A stretch of DNA of 64,000 nt from Minisyncoccota bacterium. GTDB lineage: Bacteria; Patescibacteriota; Minisyncoccia; Phycocordibacterales; UBA1550. Every line of letters starts with the position of its first letter. Position 1 is the first letter of the stretch. The translations under genes and the position numbers were made by a program. A model generated the notes under the pieces. It had not been told where the DNA came from and did not search any database. It saw nothing but the letters and a program-made list of their open reading frames with translations. The stretch covers positions 17,773 through 81,772 of the forward strand of contig JALNYL010000004.1 of NCBI GenBank assembly GCA_023229865.1. Reading direction: 5' to 3'. Below, in pieces: positions 38,759 to 48,139 of the stretch.

Positions 38759-38890
38759 TTAACCGGCGCCCAGCACCATGGCCGCCAGGCCGCCGTGGGT
38801 GGTGGAATTGCCGCTGCAGCGCGTGATCAGATAGCTCTTGGTGTTGGCGCCGATCGTCGGGCCAGCAGTCGCGGGCATGGTCTTCTTCAT
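38759..38890 (-). CDS. Small protein, 43 aa (MKKTMPATAGPTIGANTKSYLITRCSGNSTTHGGLAAMVLGAG), unknown function
   Basis: Near-perfect SD TAAGGAGGT 7 nt upstream. GC-rich codons. Lies downstream of the consensus promoter at 39075-39102 and a leader of about 180 nt. The opposite-strand 182-aa ORF at 38462-39010 is probably an artefact. Confidence 0.45.
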   Translation of the reverse strand: MKKTMPATAGPTIGANTKSYLITRCSGNSTTHGGLAAMVLGAG

Positions 38891-39074
38891 GTGATACCTC
38901 CTTATGGAAAGAACAGCGTTGTCCTCCGGCAAAAGCGCGGAGGGATGGATGTCCTGGCGGGCGAATGGCGCGGCGACTTCCTCGTTAGAAACACTGGAAG
39001 CGGCCGATAAGCCCTTGCGGTCGTGGGCGAGTCAATCCCGCCACAGAGCCGTACGTGCCAACCAGAACAAAAGC

Positions 39075-39102
39075 AGTATAGCAGGTTATAAAAATTTGTC
39101 AA
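39075..39102 (-). promoter_or_regulatory. Near-consensus sigma-70 promoter (TTGACA-16 nt-TATACT) on minus strand
   Basis: -35 TTGACA at 39097-39102 and -10 TATACT at 39075-39080. Immediately flanked at 39103-39155 by a 12-bp-arm inverted repeat CCCGTTAGAGGT...ACCTCTAACGGG. Confidence 0.55.
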
Positions 39103-39292
39103 CCCCGTTAGAGGTGAATACTCGCTGCGCTTCACTCGCGACCTCTAACGGGGCTTGCCCCACAGTTTGGATTAGAACTTACGGTCGTTTACAACCTACT
39201 TCTAACGGGCCAGGCCCCGGCGATTCTGGAACCACGTGTCTTTATTGCGCCCAACGTTTCGCTCCTTTAAAAAATCTGCTACAATACCACCT

Positions 39293-39922
39293 ATGATTGT
39301 TACATATTACGGAAAGCAGTTTTTCAAGATTCAGCTCGGGGATCGCACGATTGCGTACAACCCTATTGGCAAGGATTCAAAAGAGAAAGGTTCACGCTTT
39401 GGCGCGGACATCGTCCTTTCCTCGCTTCGTCATGCAGACTTCAACGGCGCCGATCAGTGTGCGTACGGTGAGCGTCAGCCGTTCGTAATCTCTGGTCCCG
39501 GCGAATACGAAGTAGGAGGAATCTTTATTAAAGGTTTCGGTACTGACACCACATACGACAAGGATAAAAAGATCAACACAGTTTTTTCTGTAATGTTTGA
39601 AGGTATCAACCTCTGCTTCCTCGGCTCACTCGCGACCGCTGACTCACTCTCGCGCGAGGTAAAAGAAGGTCTCGGAGAAATCGACGTCCTCTTTGCCCCT
39701 ATTAGCGGGGGAGACGCACTCAATCCTGCCGACGCGCACAAACTCGCACTCGCGCTTGAGACAAAGATTGTTATTCCTATGGACTTTGAACACGCAAAGG
39801 GTTCACTCGAAACCTTTATTAAAGAAGCTGGGGCAAACGCAGAGACAATGGAGAAGTTCACATTTAAGAAGAAGGACCTCGAAGGGAAGGAGGGCGCCGT
39901 CGTTGTTCTTAAGGAGGCTTAA
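39293..39922 (+). CDS. MBL-fold metallo-hydrolase-like protein
   Basis: Beta-lactamase-fold pattern (GDRTIAYNPIG...ADIVLSSLRHADFNG...VLFAPISGGDALNPADA). TACAAT at 39277-39282 lies upstream of the ATG at 39293. Confidence 0.5.
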   Translation: MIVTYYGKQFFKIQLGDRTIAYNPIGKDSKEKGSRFGADIVLSSLRHADFNGADQCAYGERQPFVISGPGEYEVGGIFIKGFGTDTTYDKDKKINTVFSVMFEGINLCFLGSLATADSLSREVKEGLGEIDVLFAPISGGDALNPADAHKLALALETKIVIPMDFEHAKGSLETFIKEAGANAETMEKFTFKKKDLEGKEGAVVVLKEA

Positions 39923-39969
39923 TTTGTTCCCCGTTTCAGGGCTCTTGTGCGAAGATTTTACAACATCAC

Positions 39970-40332
39970 ATGCTTGAAAAAATACAAGAAAAGCCACACC
40001 ATATAAAGCAAGCCATCTCGCTTATTATCACGGTAATTATTTTTTCTGCGATTTTGTTTGTGTGGGTGTCTTCGCGCGATGCGCGTTCTCGTGAGCTCGA
40101 AGTACAGGCCAAGACTGTTTCTCCGACAGAGGGGGTAACCTCGATGTTTAGTGGGCTTGTCTCGGATTTCAAAAAGAAAATGGCAAACTCAGATTCTTTT
40201 GGTCAAAAGAATGACGCCAGCGCGACTTCGACCGATACTTTTGACCTTTCGGGAGTGGTAATCATTGATCCATCTGCGACGACAACTGCGAGTACGACAG
40301 CAACGACCACCACTGCGAGTACCCCCAAATAG
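39970..40332 (+). CDS. Small membrane-anchored protein with Thr-rich C-terminus (hypothetical)
   Basis: One TM helix. C-terminal TTTASTTATTTTAST low-complexity region. Confidence 0.3.
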   Translation: MLEKIQEKPHHIKQAISLIITVIIFSAILFVWVSSRDARSRELEVQAKTVSPTEGVTSMFSGLVSDFKKKMANSDSFGQKNDASATSTDTFDLSGVVIIDPSATTTASTTATTTTASTPK

Positions 40333-40499
40333 CCTTACATTACAAGCTCCAAAAGGGACCGTTCTTTTTGATCATTTATTTGCTTGATATTTTACTGATT
40401 ACATAGGATAATTAATAGGTAAGGGGCTTGCAATTTTTGCAGATATGTGCTATAGTTTAAGTGTTATAAACGAGAGTTTAATCTAAACCAATTATCAAT

Positions 40500-40817
40500 A
40501 TGTTCGAATCATTCCCACAACCAAATATGAATACTAACGAAAACAAAATTAGCCACAGCACACCTGAGCAGATGGCGGCGGCAGAAGCACTTCTCAAGGG
40601 TTCAACCCTTAGCCTCGAAGACGAAGCGTCATCAAAGGATGGAATTGCACATTTTGGAGGAGAGCTCAATACTCACCTTATGGCTGAAAAGAAAGCGTCA
40701 GCTCCTGGCCCAATGAAAACCAATCCATTTGATGAAATGGGGATCCATGTTGCTGATGACGCGCAGGTCAAGAAGGCAGAGGAAATGCTTAAAGACTCTG
40801 GTTTGACACTTCAGTAA
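40500..40817 (+). CDS. Hypothetical acidic protein
   Basis: Extended -10 TGCTATAGT at about 40449-40457. Terminator AACCCAACATTTT-atgc-AAAATGTTGGGTT at 40826-40866. Confidence 0.35.
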   Translation: MFESFPQPNMNTNENKISHSTPEQMAAAEALLKGSTLSLEDEASSKDGIAHFGGELNTHLMAEKKASAPGPMKTNPFDEMGIHVADDAQVKKAEEMLKDSGLTLQ

Positions 40818-40898
40818 AATCTCATTCGAAAAAACCCAACATTTTATGCAAAATGTTGGGTTTTTTCTTTTGTTAAAATATGATAGAATAGTGAAACT

Positions 40899-43367
40899 AT
40901 GGCTCGCAAAAAAGAAGAAGAGAAGGTCCCCGAGGAGGCTTCCGTCCCACGTGTGAACGTTGTTCCTCAAGACATTTCAAGTGAAATGCGTACGTGTTTC
41001 ATCGACTACGCGATGTCGGTTATTACTGACCGTGCGCTCCCTGATGTGCGTGATGGTTTGAAGCCAGTGCATCGTCGCATCCTCTACTCGATGTACGAGA
41101 AAGGTTTGACCTACAATGCAAAATTTCGTAAATCTGCGACAGTAGTCGGAGATGTGCTTGGTAGCTACCACCCACACGGCGACTCGTCAGTGTATGAAGC
41201 GATGGTAAAAATGGCGCAGGATTTCTCTTTCCGTTATCCGCTCGTTGTTGGTCAGGGTAACTTCGGTTCTATCGACGGCGACTCAGCTGCGGCATACCGT
41301 TACACCGAGGCTAAGATGTCTCGCGTGTCAGGAGAGCTCTTGAACGATATCGATCGCGATACTGTTGATTTTAAGCCAAACTACGATGGTACCAAGAAAG
41401 AACCAACCGTACTCCCTTCTTCTCTTCCCAACCTTCTCTTGAACGGTACGCTCGGTATTGCGGTGGGTATGGCAACCAACTTCCCTCCACACAACTTGGG
41501 GGAGCTCGTGGATGCAACCAACCATCTTATTGACGACCCAGATGCAACCTCCGATGACCTTACGAAATTTGTGAAAGGACCTGATTTTCCTCTTGGTGGC
41601 GTTGTCTTTGGGGAAAAAGATATTAAGCATGCTTATTCTTCTGGGCGTGGTGGTGTCGTCGTGCGCGGTGAAGCAGAAATCGTTGAAGAGAAAAACCTCA
41701 ATCAGATTATTATTACATCACTTCCGTTTCGCGTAAACAAGGCAAACCTCATTGTGAAGATTGCTGACCTTGTGCGCGAGAAGAAGCTCGAAGGGATTAA
41801 GGGGCTTCGTGATGAATCAACGAGAGACATCCGTGTGGTTATTGACCTCAAGAATGGCGCATATCCTCAGGTTGTTCTCAACTATCTCTACAAGCACACT
41901 GAGCTTGAATCAACCTTCCACTACAACATGGTGGCGCTTGTTGATGGTGTGCCTCAGACACTTTCGCTCAAGGGTGTGCTCTCAAATTTTATTGGCCACC
42001 GACAGACCGTGGTGCGTCGTCGTACTGAGTACGATCTCCGCAAAGCAGAAGAGCGCGAGCACATTTTGCTCGGGCTCAAGAAAGCGCTTGATCATATCGA
42101 TCGCGTGATTGCGGTTATTCGCGGATCAAAGGATACGGCGACCGCACACGCAAATTTGATGAAGGAGTTTAAGTTCTCTGAGCTCCAGGCGTCGGCAATT
42201 CTCGAAATGAAGCTTCAAAAGCTCGCAGGCCTTGAGCGTAAGAACGTTGAGCTCGAACTTAAAGAAAAGCAGGATTTCATTAAAGAATGCAAAGACCTTC
42301 TTGCAAGCCCAAAGAAAATTTTGGCTGTTGTAAAGAAAGAACTCACCGTGATGAAAGAGAAGTACGGTGATGAGCGTCGCACGCGCGTGGTCAAGCACGC
42401 TGCAGGCTCAATCTCTGTTGAGGATATGATCCCCGATGAGGAATCAATGCTCGTATTTACAAAGGGTGGCTATATCAAGCGTACAAACCCAGGTGAGTAC
42501 CGTCAGCAGAACCGTGGTGGTGTGGGTGTTGTTGATTTGGATACTAAAGAAGAAGACTTCATCACGCTCTTTACTTCTGCGACAACGCACAGCGACCTCC
42601 TCTTTTTCTCAGATAAGGGCAAGGCTTACCAGATCAAGATGTACGATATCCCTGAAGGTAAGCGCGCGACACGTGGGAAGTCGATTATGAACTTCATATC
42701 ACTTTCTTCTGAGGAGAAGGTTACTTCGATTCTTGCAATGCCAAAGTCGGTAAAAGACTCAAAGCTCTCACTCTTTATGGTGACGAAACAAGGCACCGTG
42801 AAAAAAGTTTCTGCGGACAGTTTCAAGGATGTGCGCAAGACGGGAATTATTTCTATCAAGCTCGAAGCAGGGGACGAGCTTATCTCCGCACTCTTTACTG
42901 AAAAGGGAGATGATATTATTTTGACGACCGCAAAGGGTCAGGCAATCCGCTTCAAAGAATCAGATGCTCGCGAGATGGGTCGTGCGGCTGGGGGAGTCCG
43001 TGGTATCAAGCTCGGCAAGGGTGACTTCGTTATTGGCGCGGATACTATTGCCAAGGACGCAGAGAAGCCAGAGCTCTTGGTAATGAGCGAAAATGGCTAC
43101 GGTAAGAAGACTGCCGTAAAGGAATACAAGGTCCAAAAGCGCGGTGGCTCAGGTATTAAGACCGCAAAGGTGACCGCAAAGATTGGTCAGCTTATGGTGG
43201 CAAAAGTGGTGACTCCTGCGTTTGCAGAACTTGTGGCCATCTCAAAGGCAAGTCAAGTGATCCGTATCACGATGACTGATGTCCCAACGCTTGGACGCGA
43301 TACACAGGGTGTGCGCATTATGAAGCTTCGTGAAGGGGACAGTATTGCATCGCTCAGCTGTTTGTAA
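40899..43367 (+). CDS. gyrA: DNA gyrase subunit A
   Basis: N-terminal [28 protein letters not shown] with the active-site Tyr region. C-terminal beta-pinwheel repeats with a GyrA-box-like QKRGGSG. Confidence 0.9.
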   Translation: MARKKEEEKVPEEASVPRVNVVPQDISSEMRTCFIDYAMSVITDRALPDVRDGLKPVHRRILYSMYEKGLTYNAKFRKSATVVGDVLGSYHPHGDSSVYEAMVKMAQDFSFRYPLVVGQGNFGSIDGDSAAAYRYTEAKMSRVSGELLNDIDRDTVDFKPNYDGTKKEPTVLPSSLPNLLLNGTLGIAVGMATNFPPHNLGELVDATNHLIDDPDATSDDLTKFVKGPDFPLGGVVFGEKDIKHAYSSGRGGVVVRGEAEIVEEKNLNQIIITSLPFRVNKANLIVKIADLVREKKLEGIKGLRDESTRDIRVVIDLKNGAYPQVVLNYLYKHTELESTFHYNMVALVDGVPQTLSLKGVLSNFIGHRQTVVRRRTEYDLRKAEEREHILLGLKKALDHIDRVIAVIRGSKDTATAHANLMKEFKFSELQASAILEMKLQKLAGLERKNVELELKEKQDFIKECKDLLASPKKILAVVKKELTVMKEKYGDERRTRVVKHAAGSISVEDMIPDEESMLVFTKGGYIKRTNPGEYRQQNRGGVGVVDLDTKEEDFITLFTSATTHSDLLFFSDKGKAYQIKMYDIPEGKRATRGKSIMNFISLSSEEKVTSILAMPKSVKDSKLSLFMVTKQGTVKKVSADSFKDVRKTGIISIKLEAGDELISALFTEKGDDIILTTAKGQAIRFKESDAREMGRAAGGVRGIKLGKGDFVIGADTIAKDAEKPELLVMSENGYGKKTAVKEYKVQKRGGSGIKTAKVTAKIGQLMVAKVVTPAFAELVAISKASQVIRITMTDVPTLGRDTQGVRIMKLREGDSIASLSCL

Positions 43368-43463
43368 AACAGCTGAAGATTGAATTTCGAACAAAGGGCG
43401 CGATGGTGAAGCCATCGCGCCCTTTGTGTTGCATCTACGCGTATCACGCGGTACAATATCGAA

Positions 43464-44003
43464 ATGGAAGTATCTAATTTCACTGACCCCGTTCAAGTTA
43501 TTGGTGCACTTGGTGTGTACGAAGGAATGATTGTTGCTGATCTCGGCTGCGGTGTTGGTGCGTACACATTGCCCATCGCAGAAAAAGTGGGGGAGTCAGG
43601 ACGTGTCTACGCAGTTGAAGTGCAGAAGGATTTTCTTATTAATATCAAAACAGAGGCCGCAGCGCGCGGGCTCAAAAACATTGAGCTTCTCTGGGGGAAT
43701 ATCGAAAATCTCGGCGGAACAAAAATCAAAGACGATGGCGTGGATGCGGTAATCATTTCCAACGTCCTCTTTTTGGCTGAGGATAAGAAGGGGCTCCTCC
43801 GTGAAGCGCGCCGTATTTTGAAAACAGGAGGGAAGCTCCTCCTCATTGACTGGAGTGACTCGTTCAACAATCTTGGACCATCACCAGAAATGGTGGTGAC
43901 AAAGGATGAAGCGCGCGCTCTTTGTGAAGCAGAAGGATTTGTTCTTAAGGACGAAGTCCCTGCCGGAGAGCATCATTACGGATTTATTTTTTTAAAAGCA
44001 TAA
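43464..44003 (+). CDS. Class I SAM-dependent methyltransferase
   Basis: Motif I VADLGCGVGAYT. Motif post-I/II (VYAVEV; AVIISNVL). TACAAT lies 6 nt before the ATG. Preceded by the gyrA terminator at about 43385-43425. Confidence 0.7.
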   Translation: MEVSNFTDPVQVIGALGVYEGMIVADLGCGVGAYTLPIAEKVGESGRVYAVEVQKDFLINIKTEAAARGLKNIELLWGNIENLGGTKIKDDGVDAVIISNVLFLAEDKKGLLREARRILKTGGKLLLIDWSDSFNNLGPSPEMVVTKDEARALCEAEGFVLKDEVPAGEHHYGFIFLKA

Positions 44004-44013
44004 TTATCTTACT

Positions 44014-45333
44014 ATGGATAAATCACCAAAACCTTTTCAAATTGCTGTTACTGGATTTTTCGTAGTACTCTTCATCCTCGGTTTCTTGGGATTTTCGGGA
44101 AAGCTCCCTCTCCCTTCAAGTAGTAAGGAGGTGAGTTATGGAGAAGTGACGCTTTGGGGAAGTATCTCAAGAGAGTCAATGCAGTCTCTTCTTGCGAACA
44201 ATTTTCGTGATGAAAAAAGTGTAAGCATTAAATATGAACAGAAAAACGCGACGACATTTACGCGGGATTTTGTGGAAGCACTCGCAAGTGGCAAGGGGCC
44301 CGATCTTGTGATTTTGCCACAGGAGGAACTTTTGAAAAATCTCAACAAGCTCGCCGTCATCCCTTATCAGACTATTCTTGAGCGTGATTTTAAAAATACG
44401 TTTATCGCAGAAGGGGAGATGTTTTTGCGCCCTGAGGGGACTGTTGCGTTGCCGTTTATGGTTGATCCAATCGTAATGTATTGGAATCGTGACATCTTTA
44501 CCAACGCTCTTATCGCAAAGCCACCCGTACTCTGGTCAGAGTTCTATGATTTGGTACCAAAGATCACCGTCCGTGATCGAACGGGGAACATCACCAGAAG
44601 CCTCGTGCCTTTTGGTGAATATAGAAATGTTACCAATGCAAAAGAAATTCTTTCGGTACTCCTGATGCAGGCGGGGAGCCCGGTGGTTACGAGCAAGAAT
44701 GGCAACCTCACCGCAGCGCTCGTTATTCAAGGACCCCTCAACGTGGAAAATCCTGTAGTTACTGCAATGCGTTTCTATACAGAATTTTCAAAATCTGAAA
44801 AAGATTCATACTCTTGGAATCGTTCATTACCACAATCACGCTCAATGTTTGAAGCGGGAGATCTCGCGCTTTACTTTGGGTATGCGAGTGAATACCAGTC
44901 GATTAAGTTGAAAAATCCTCACCTTAATTTTGACGTGGCGATGATTCCTCAAGTAGGGAAGACAGCAAATAAACTTACGTTTGGACGCATGCATGGCATC
45001 GCAATCGTGGGCGCAAGTAAAAACCAAGGCGGTGCCCTCCGCGCCGCGATGCTTCTTTCGGGAAGCAGTGTGATCACAGGTATTAGTGGTATTACGGGGC
45101 TTCCTCCTGTTCGTCGTGACCTCATCGCGATTCCTCCTGTCGACGCGGCACAGTCTGTCTTTTACGATTCTGCGTTGATTTCTCGCGCATGGTATGACCC
45201 ATCTCCTATTGAGACCAATGCTATTTTTATGACGATGATTGATAGTGTAAACTCGGGACGAAGCAGTATGAATGAAGCACTCGCGGTTGCACACAGTAGC
45301 CTCGCGAAGTTGTTCCAGGATTATCAGCAGTAA
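44014..45333 (+). CDS. Extracellular solute-binding protein (ABC transporter SBP-like), N-terminal TM anchor
   Basis: N-terminal hydrophobic anchor. Overall SBP family 1-like pattern. Weak assignment. Confidence 0.45.
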   Translation: MDKSPKPFQIAVTGFFVVLFILGFLGFSGKLPLPSSSKEVSYGEVTLWGSISRESMQSLLANNFRDEKSVSIKYEQKNATTFTRDFVEALASGKGPDLVILPQEELLKNLNKLAVIPYQTILERDFKNTFIAEGEMFLRPEGTVALPFMVDPIVMYWNRDIFTNALIAKPPVLWSEFYDLVPKITVRDRTGNITRSLVPFGEYRNVTNAKEILSVLLMQAGSPVVTSKNGNLTAALVIQGPLNVENPVVTAMRFYTEFSKSEKDSYSWNRSLPQSRSMFEAGDLALYFGYASEYQSIKLKNPHLNFDVAMIPQVGKTANKLTFGRMHGIAIVGASKNQGGALRAAMLLSGSSVITGISGITGLPPVRRDLIAIPPVDAAQSVFYDSALISRAWYDPSPIETNAIFMTMIDSVNSGRSSMNEALAVAHSSLAKLFQDYQQ

Positions 45334-45344
45334 TATTAAAAATC

Positions 45345-45722
45345 ATGACTCAAAAAATCACCACTACCGCAATTGCAGCAGCTATTCTCTCTCTCCCTCT
45401 CTTGTCTGCTGCTCAAGTCGGAATCCCTTGCAATGGTCCTGATTGTACCTTCGACTCGCTTATCCAGCTAGTGAATAACATCATTAAGTTTCTTATGTTT
45501 GGCGTAGCCGTCCCTCTCGCTGCTATTGGCTTTATGTTTGTGGGGGCAAAAATGGTTTTGTCATCTAATAAAGAGTCGGCAAAGACAGAAGCGAAGGAAA
45601 GTTTTGGGAATATTGTGAAAGGTTTCCTTATTATGCTTGGGGCGTACGTTGTGGTAAAAACAATCGTCTACTCATTTATTACTGATGAACAGAAGACTTT
45701 TATGGGATTCCTGTTTCAATAA
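45345..45722 (+). CDS. Pilin-like small membrane protein (TrbC/VirB2-like architecture), paralog 1
   Basis: Signal peptide, then TM1, a short Lys/Glu loop and TM2 (FLMFGVAVPLAAIGFMFVGAKMVL...FLIMLGAYVVV). Confidence 0.4.
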   Translation: MTQKITTTAIAAAILSLPLLSAAQVGIPCNGPDCTFDSLIQLVNNIIKFLMFGVAVPLAAIGFMFVGAKMVLSSNKESAKTEAKESFGNIVKGFLIMLGAYVVVKTIVYSFITDEQKTFMGFLFQ

Positions 45723-45742
45723 TTAGGAAGATAATATACAAT

Positions 45743-46246
45743 ATGAATACTATGAAAAAGATACTTGGTGGACTCGTGGTTCTAGGGGTGTTTTTAGGAG
45801 GGACTTCTGTCGCATTGGCTGTTCTGCCTTGTGCCGCTGTCCCTAGCCAGTATAAAAATGTGTGGACAGACCTTCCTGCTAGTGCGCAGCAATCTTACTA
45901 CGACATCTATTGTTCTCCTGGCACCGGCTCTACGGGGGCATCCGGCTCTACTGGTTCGGGGGCTACCTTGTCCGCAAATACGAAGTTGCAAAATCCCATC
46001 AAGTATTCAACTTTTTCTGAGTTTGCTGCAGCAATAACCAAAACAGCTGTTCAGGTCCTCCTTCCATTCATCGTCCTTGCCTTCATCTACTCAGGCTTCC
46101 TCTTTGTGAAAGCACAGGGTAACGAAAAAGAGCTCGAAGAAGCAAAGCAGGCAATCTGGTACAGTCTCATTGGTGCCTTCATTCTCCTTGGGGCGTGGGG
46201 ATTTGCGCAGATTATTAGTCAGACGGTTTCAACAATTACCCAGTAA
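45743..46246 (+). CDS. Pilin-like small membrane protein, paralog 2 (with Gly/Ser/Thr-rich insert)
   Basis: Signal peptide and the same C-terminal two-TM core (VLLPFIVLAFIYSGFLFV...AIWYSLIGAFILLGAWGF). Confidence 0.4.
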   Translation: MNTMKKILGGLVVLGVFLGGTSVALAVLPCAAVPSQYKNVWTDLPASAQQSYYDIYCSPGTGSTGASGSTGSGATLSANTKLQNPIKYSTFSEFAAAITKTAVQVLLPFIVLAFIYSGFLFVKAQGNEKELEEAKQAIWYSLIGAFILLGAWGFAQIISQTVSTITQ

Positions 46247-46252
46247 TCTACT

Positions 46253-46537
46253 ATGGACTTCAAAGAATTTGTTAATTTTCTTGTTGGCACACTTATCAAG
46301 CCACTTTTCTCGCTCTTTTTGGGTGCTGCAGTAGTCTTCTTTTTGTGGAATATGATGGGGGTCATTCAGAAGAACGATCAACCAGAAGAGCTCGCAAAGA
46401 TGAAAGAAAAGGCTATTTGGGGGATTATCGCTATCGCGGTGATGGTCTCAATGTGGGGATTGGTCAACTTTTTTGCAGGGTCACTCAGGCTGACCAATAC
46501 TCCTCTTGACCTAGAGCGTTTCAACCAAACCTTGTAG
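46253..46537 (+). CDS. Pilin-like small membrane protein, paralog 3
   Basis: AAVVFFLWNMMGV...AIWGIIAIAVMVSMWGLVNFF. Confidence 0.4.
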   Translation: MDFKEFVNFLVGTLIKPLFSLFLGAAVVFFLWNMMGVIQKNDQPEELAKMKEKAIWGIIAIAVMVSMWGLVNFFAGSLRLTNTPLDLERFNQTL

Positions 46538-46620
46538 TTTTCTCGGGGGTTTCGTATAATTAACAGATACGATCAATTAGTATTCGTACATCATAATTAA
46601 CATTTAATAAATTAATAAAC

Positions 46621-46968
46621 ATGAAAAAAGTTATTGTATTGGGTGCCTTTTTTGCCCCATTTATCGCGAGTGCTCAGATTGCCCAGGGGGCAAGTACGGT
46701 TCCTGGTCTTATTGCGTTCTTGAAGGACGCGCTTAGCACCGCTACGGTCCTTATTCTTGCAGCTGCAGTTGTATACTTCCTTTGGAACGTATTCGGCTTC
46801 GTTATGGCAGCAGGGGACTCAGATAAGCGCGCAGAGAAGCAGAGCGGTATTATCTACGGCGTTATCGGTATCGCGGTGATGGTATCTATCTGGGGCCTCG
46901 TAAACTTCCTTACGTCTTCAGCAAAGCTCGACACAACAACACGTACAGCTCCATCACTTTCTCTCTAA
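46621..46968 (+). CDS. Pilin-like small membrane protein, paralog 4
   Basis: Signal peptide. AAAVVYFLWNVFGF...IIYGVIGIAVMVSIWGLVNFL. Confidence 0.4.
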   Translation: MKKVIVLGAFFAPFIASAQIAQGASTVPGLIAFLKDALSTATVLILAAAVVYFLWNVFGFVMAAGDSDKRAEKQSGIIYGVIGIAVMVSIWGLVNFLTSSAKLDTTTRTAPSLSL

Positions 46969-46994
46969 TCCACGTTTCTTAAACCAACACCATT

Positions 46995-47237
46995 ATGAAC
47001 ATTATGCAGAGAATCAATGAGGCTATTCTTCAACCAATAGTTTCACTCCTTATGGCAGCGGCCGTAGCATATTTCTTGTTTGGTGTTATGAAGTTTGTGA
47101 AGGATCAGGGGAGTGAAGAATCTCAAGTAGAAGGGAAGAAGCATATGATGTGGGGGATTATTGGTCTTTTTATTATGGTGAGCGTTTGGGGGATATTGAA
47201 CTTTATCAATTCCTTCGTTATGGGATTTTCTCAGTAA
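46995..47237 (+). CDS. Pilin-like small membrane protein, paralog 5
   Basis: MAAAVAYFLFGVMKF...MMWGIIGLFIMVSVWGILNFI. A hairpin terminator follows at about 47255-47300. Confidence 0.4.
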   Translation: MNIMQRINEAILQPIVSLLMAAAVAYFLFGVMKFVKDQGSEESQVEGKKHMMWGIIGLFIMVSVWGILNFINSFVMGFSQ

Positions 47238-47353
47238 AGCGCCCAAACAAAAGAGAAGCCCTGCGTATGAACTACGCGGGGCTTTTCTTTTTATGCACAA
47301 AAAGAAAAGCCCCACAGCATTGCGCTGCGGGACTTTGAGGGTTGAATTGCAAA

Positions 47354-48139
47354 TTAATACTGGAGCTTCACGGAGACTAACACCTCGGGGGCATACTTTG
47401 CTGCGACCCCCGCATGAAGCATTCCATTAAAATGTCCGATTTTCGTGCCACAGTCTTGGAACCACCCCTTTGATTGGTCGTTTTCCCAAAGAAACATCCT
47501 CCCGCCAGGGCAGTAAATATCAAACACGACTCCCGTTGGGATTGGGGGAAGCTCGACATACTCATCTGGTGGGCCATCAACAATGACGGACTCGTCGTCG
47601 GGGTTGCCGTTGTTATCCTCAGCGAGGGTGTAGACGTCGGGATCGAATTTCACCCAATGACTTTTCACCTCGTGAGTGACCTCCGTGCTTGCCGCCGGCG
47701 ATGAGCTGCCGAAGGCCTCCTTGAAGAAGGTGGGGTGATTTGCTGCTCTCACACTAGCCTTCATGTCTTTCCATGTTTGGTAGACAGGTTCGGGGAGGAT
47801 GAGACCAATGGTGGCTATTGCGAAATAGCCAACCACCATCACTTTTGTTATATCGGAGACCTTGCTTCCCGTGAACAAGAGCCAGAGCCCCATGATGTGC
47901 AGGGGGATAACGACGACGGCGCCAATCACGATAAACATGCTGGAATCGTCGGGGAGCAGGTAGGCGATGCAGATGGTCACAATAAACAGGATAATCATTG
48001 CCATCCAGTTCCTGCGAACCTTTTCTTCATCCTCCTTTTTTATTTCTTCAGGAGTTGATGTGGTGGGCTTTTGTTTCTCGTTAGTCTTGGAGGATGATTG
48101 AGGCACTCTCCCGTTCATTGCATCAACTTTGCGTTGCAT
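47354..48139 (-). CDS. Membrane protein (hypothetical), second gene of a minus-strand operon
   Basis: Three or four TM helices then a soluble C-terminal domain. Overlaps the upstream gene by 17 nt. Confidence 0.4.
   Translation of the reverse strand: MQRKVDAMNGRVPQSSSKTNEKQKPTTSTPEEIKKEDEEKVRRNWMAMIILFIVTICIAYLLPDDSSMFIVIGAVVVIPLHIMGLWLLFTGSKVSDITKVMVVGYFAIATIGLILPEPVYQTWKDMKASVRAANHPTFFKEAFGSSSPAASTEVTHEVKSHWVKFDPDVYTLAEDNNGNPDDESVIVDGPPDEYVELPPIPTGVVFDIYCPGGRMFLWENDQSKGWFQDCGTKIGHFNGMLHAGVAAKYAPEVLVSVKLQY

Noticed and set aside
38463-38900. tmRNA (one-piece or permuted) spanning the tRNA-like element and the small ORFs
   Set aside because: No 5' acceptor strand complementary to ACAGGAC was found anywhere nearby. 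The small ORFs carry canonical SDs, unlike a tmRNA tag frame, and no ANDENYALAA-like tag end is present. This cannot be fully excluded without covariance-model tools.
38462-39010. 182-aa plus-strand ORF (MESCTRIELMT...)
   Set aside because: It is a GC-rich open frame antisense to two minus-strand small ORFs that have near-perfect SDs and a consensus promoter. It is Arg/Gly/Ala-rich in the way typical of GC-rich antisense frames and has no SD.
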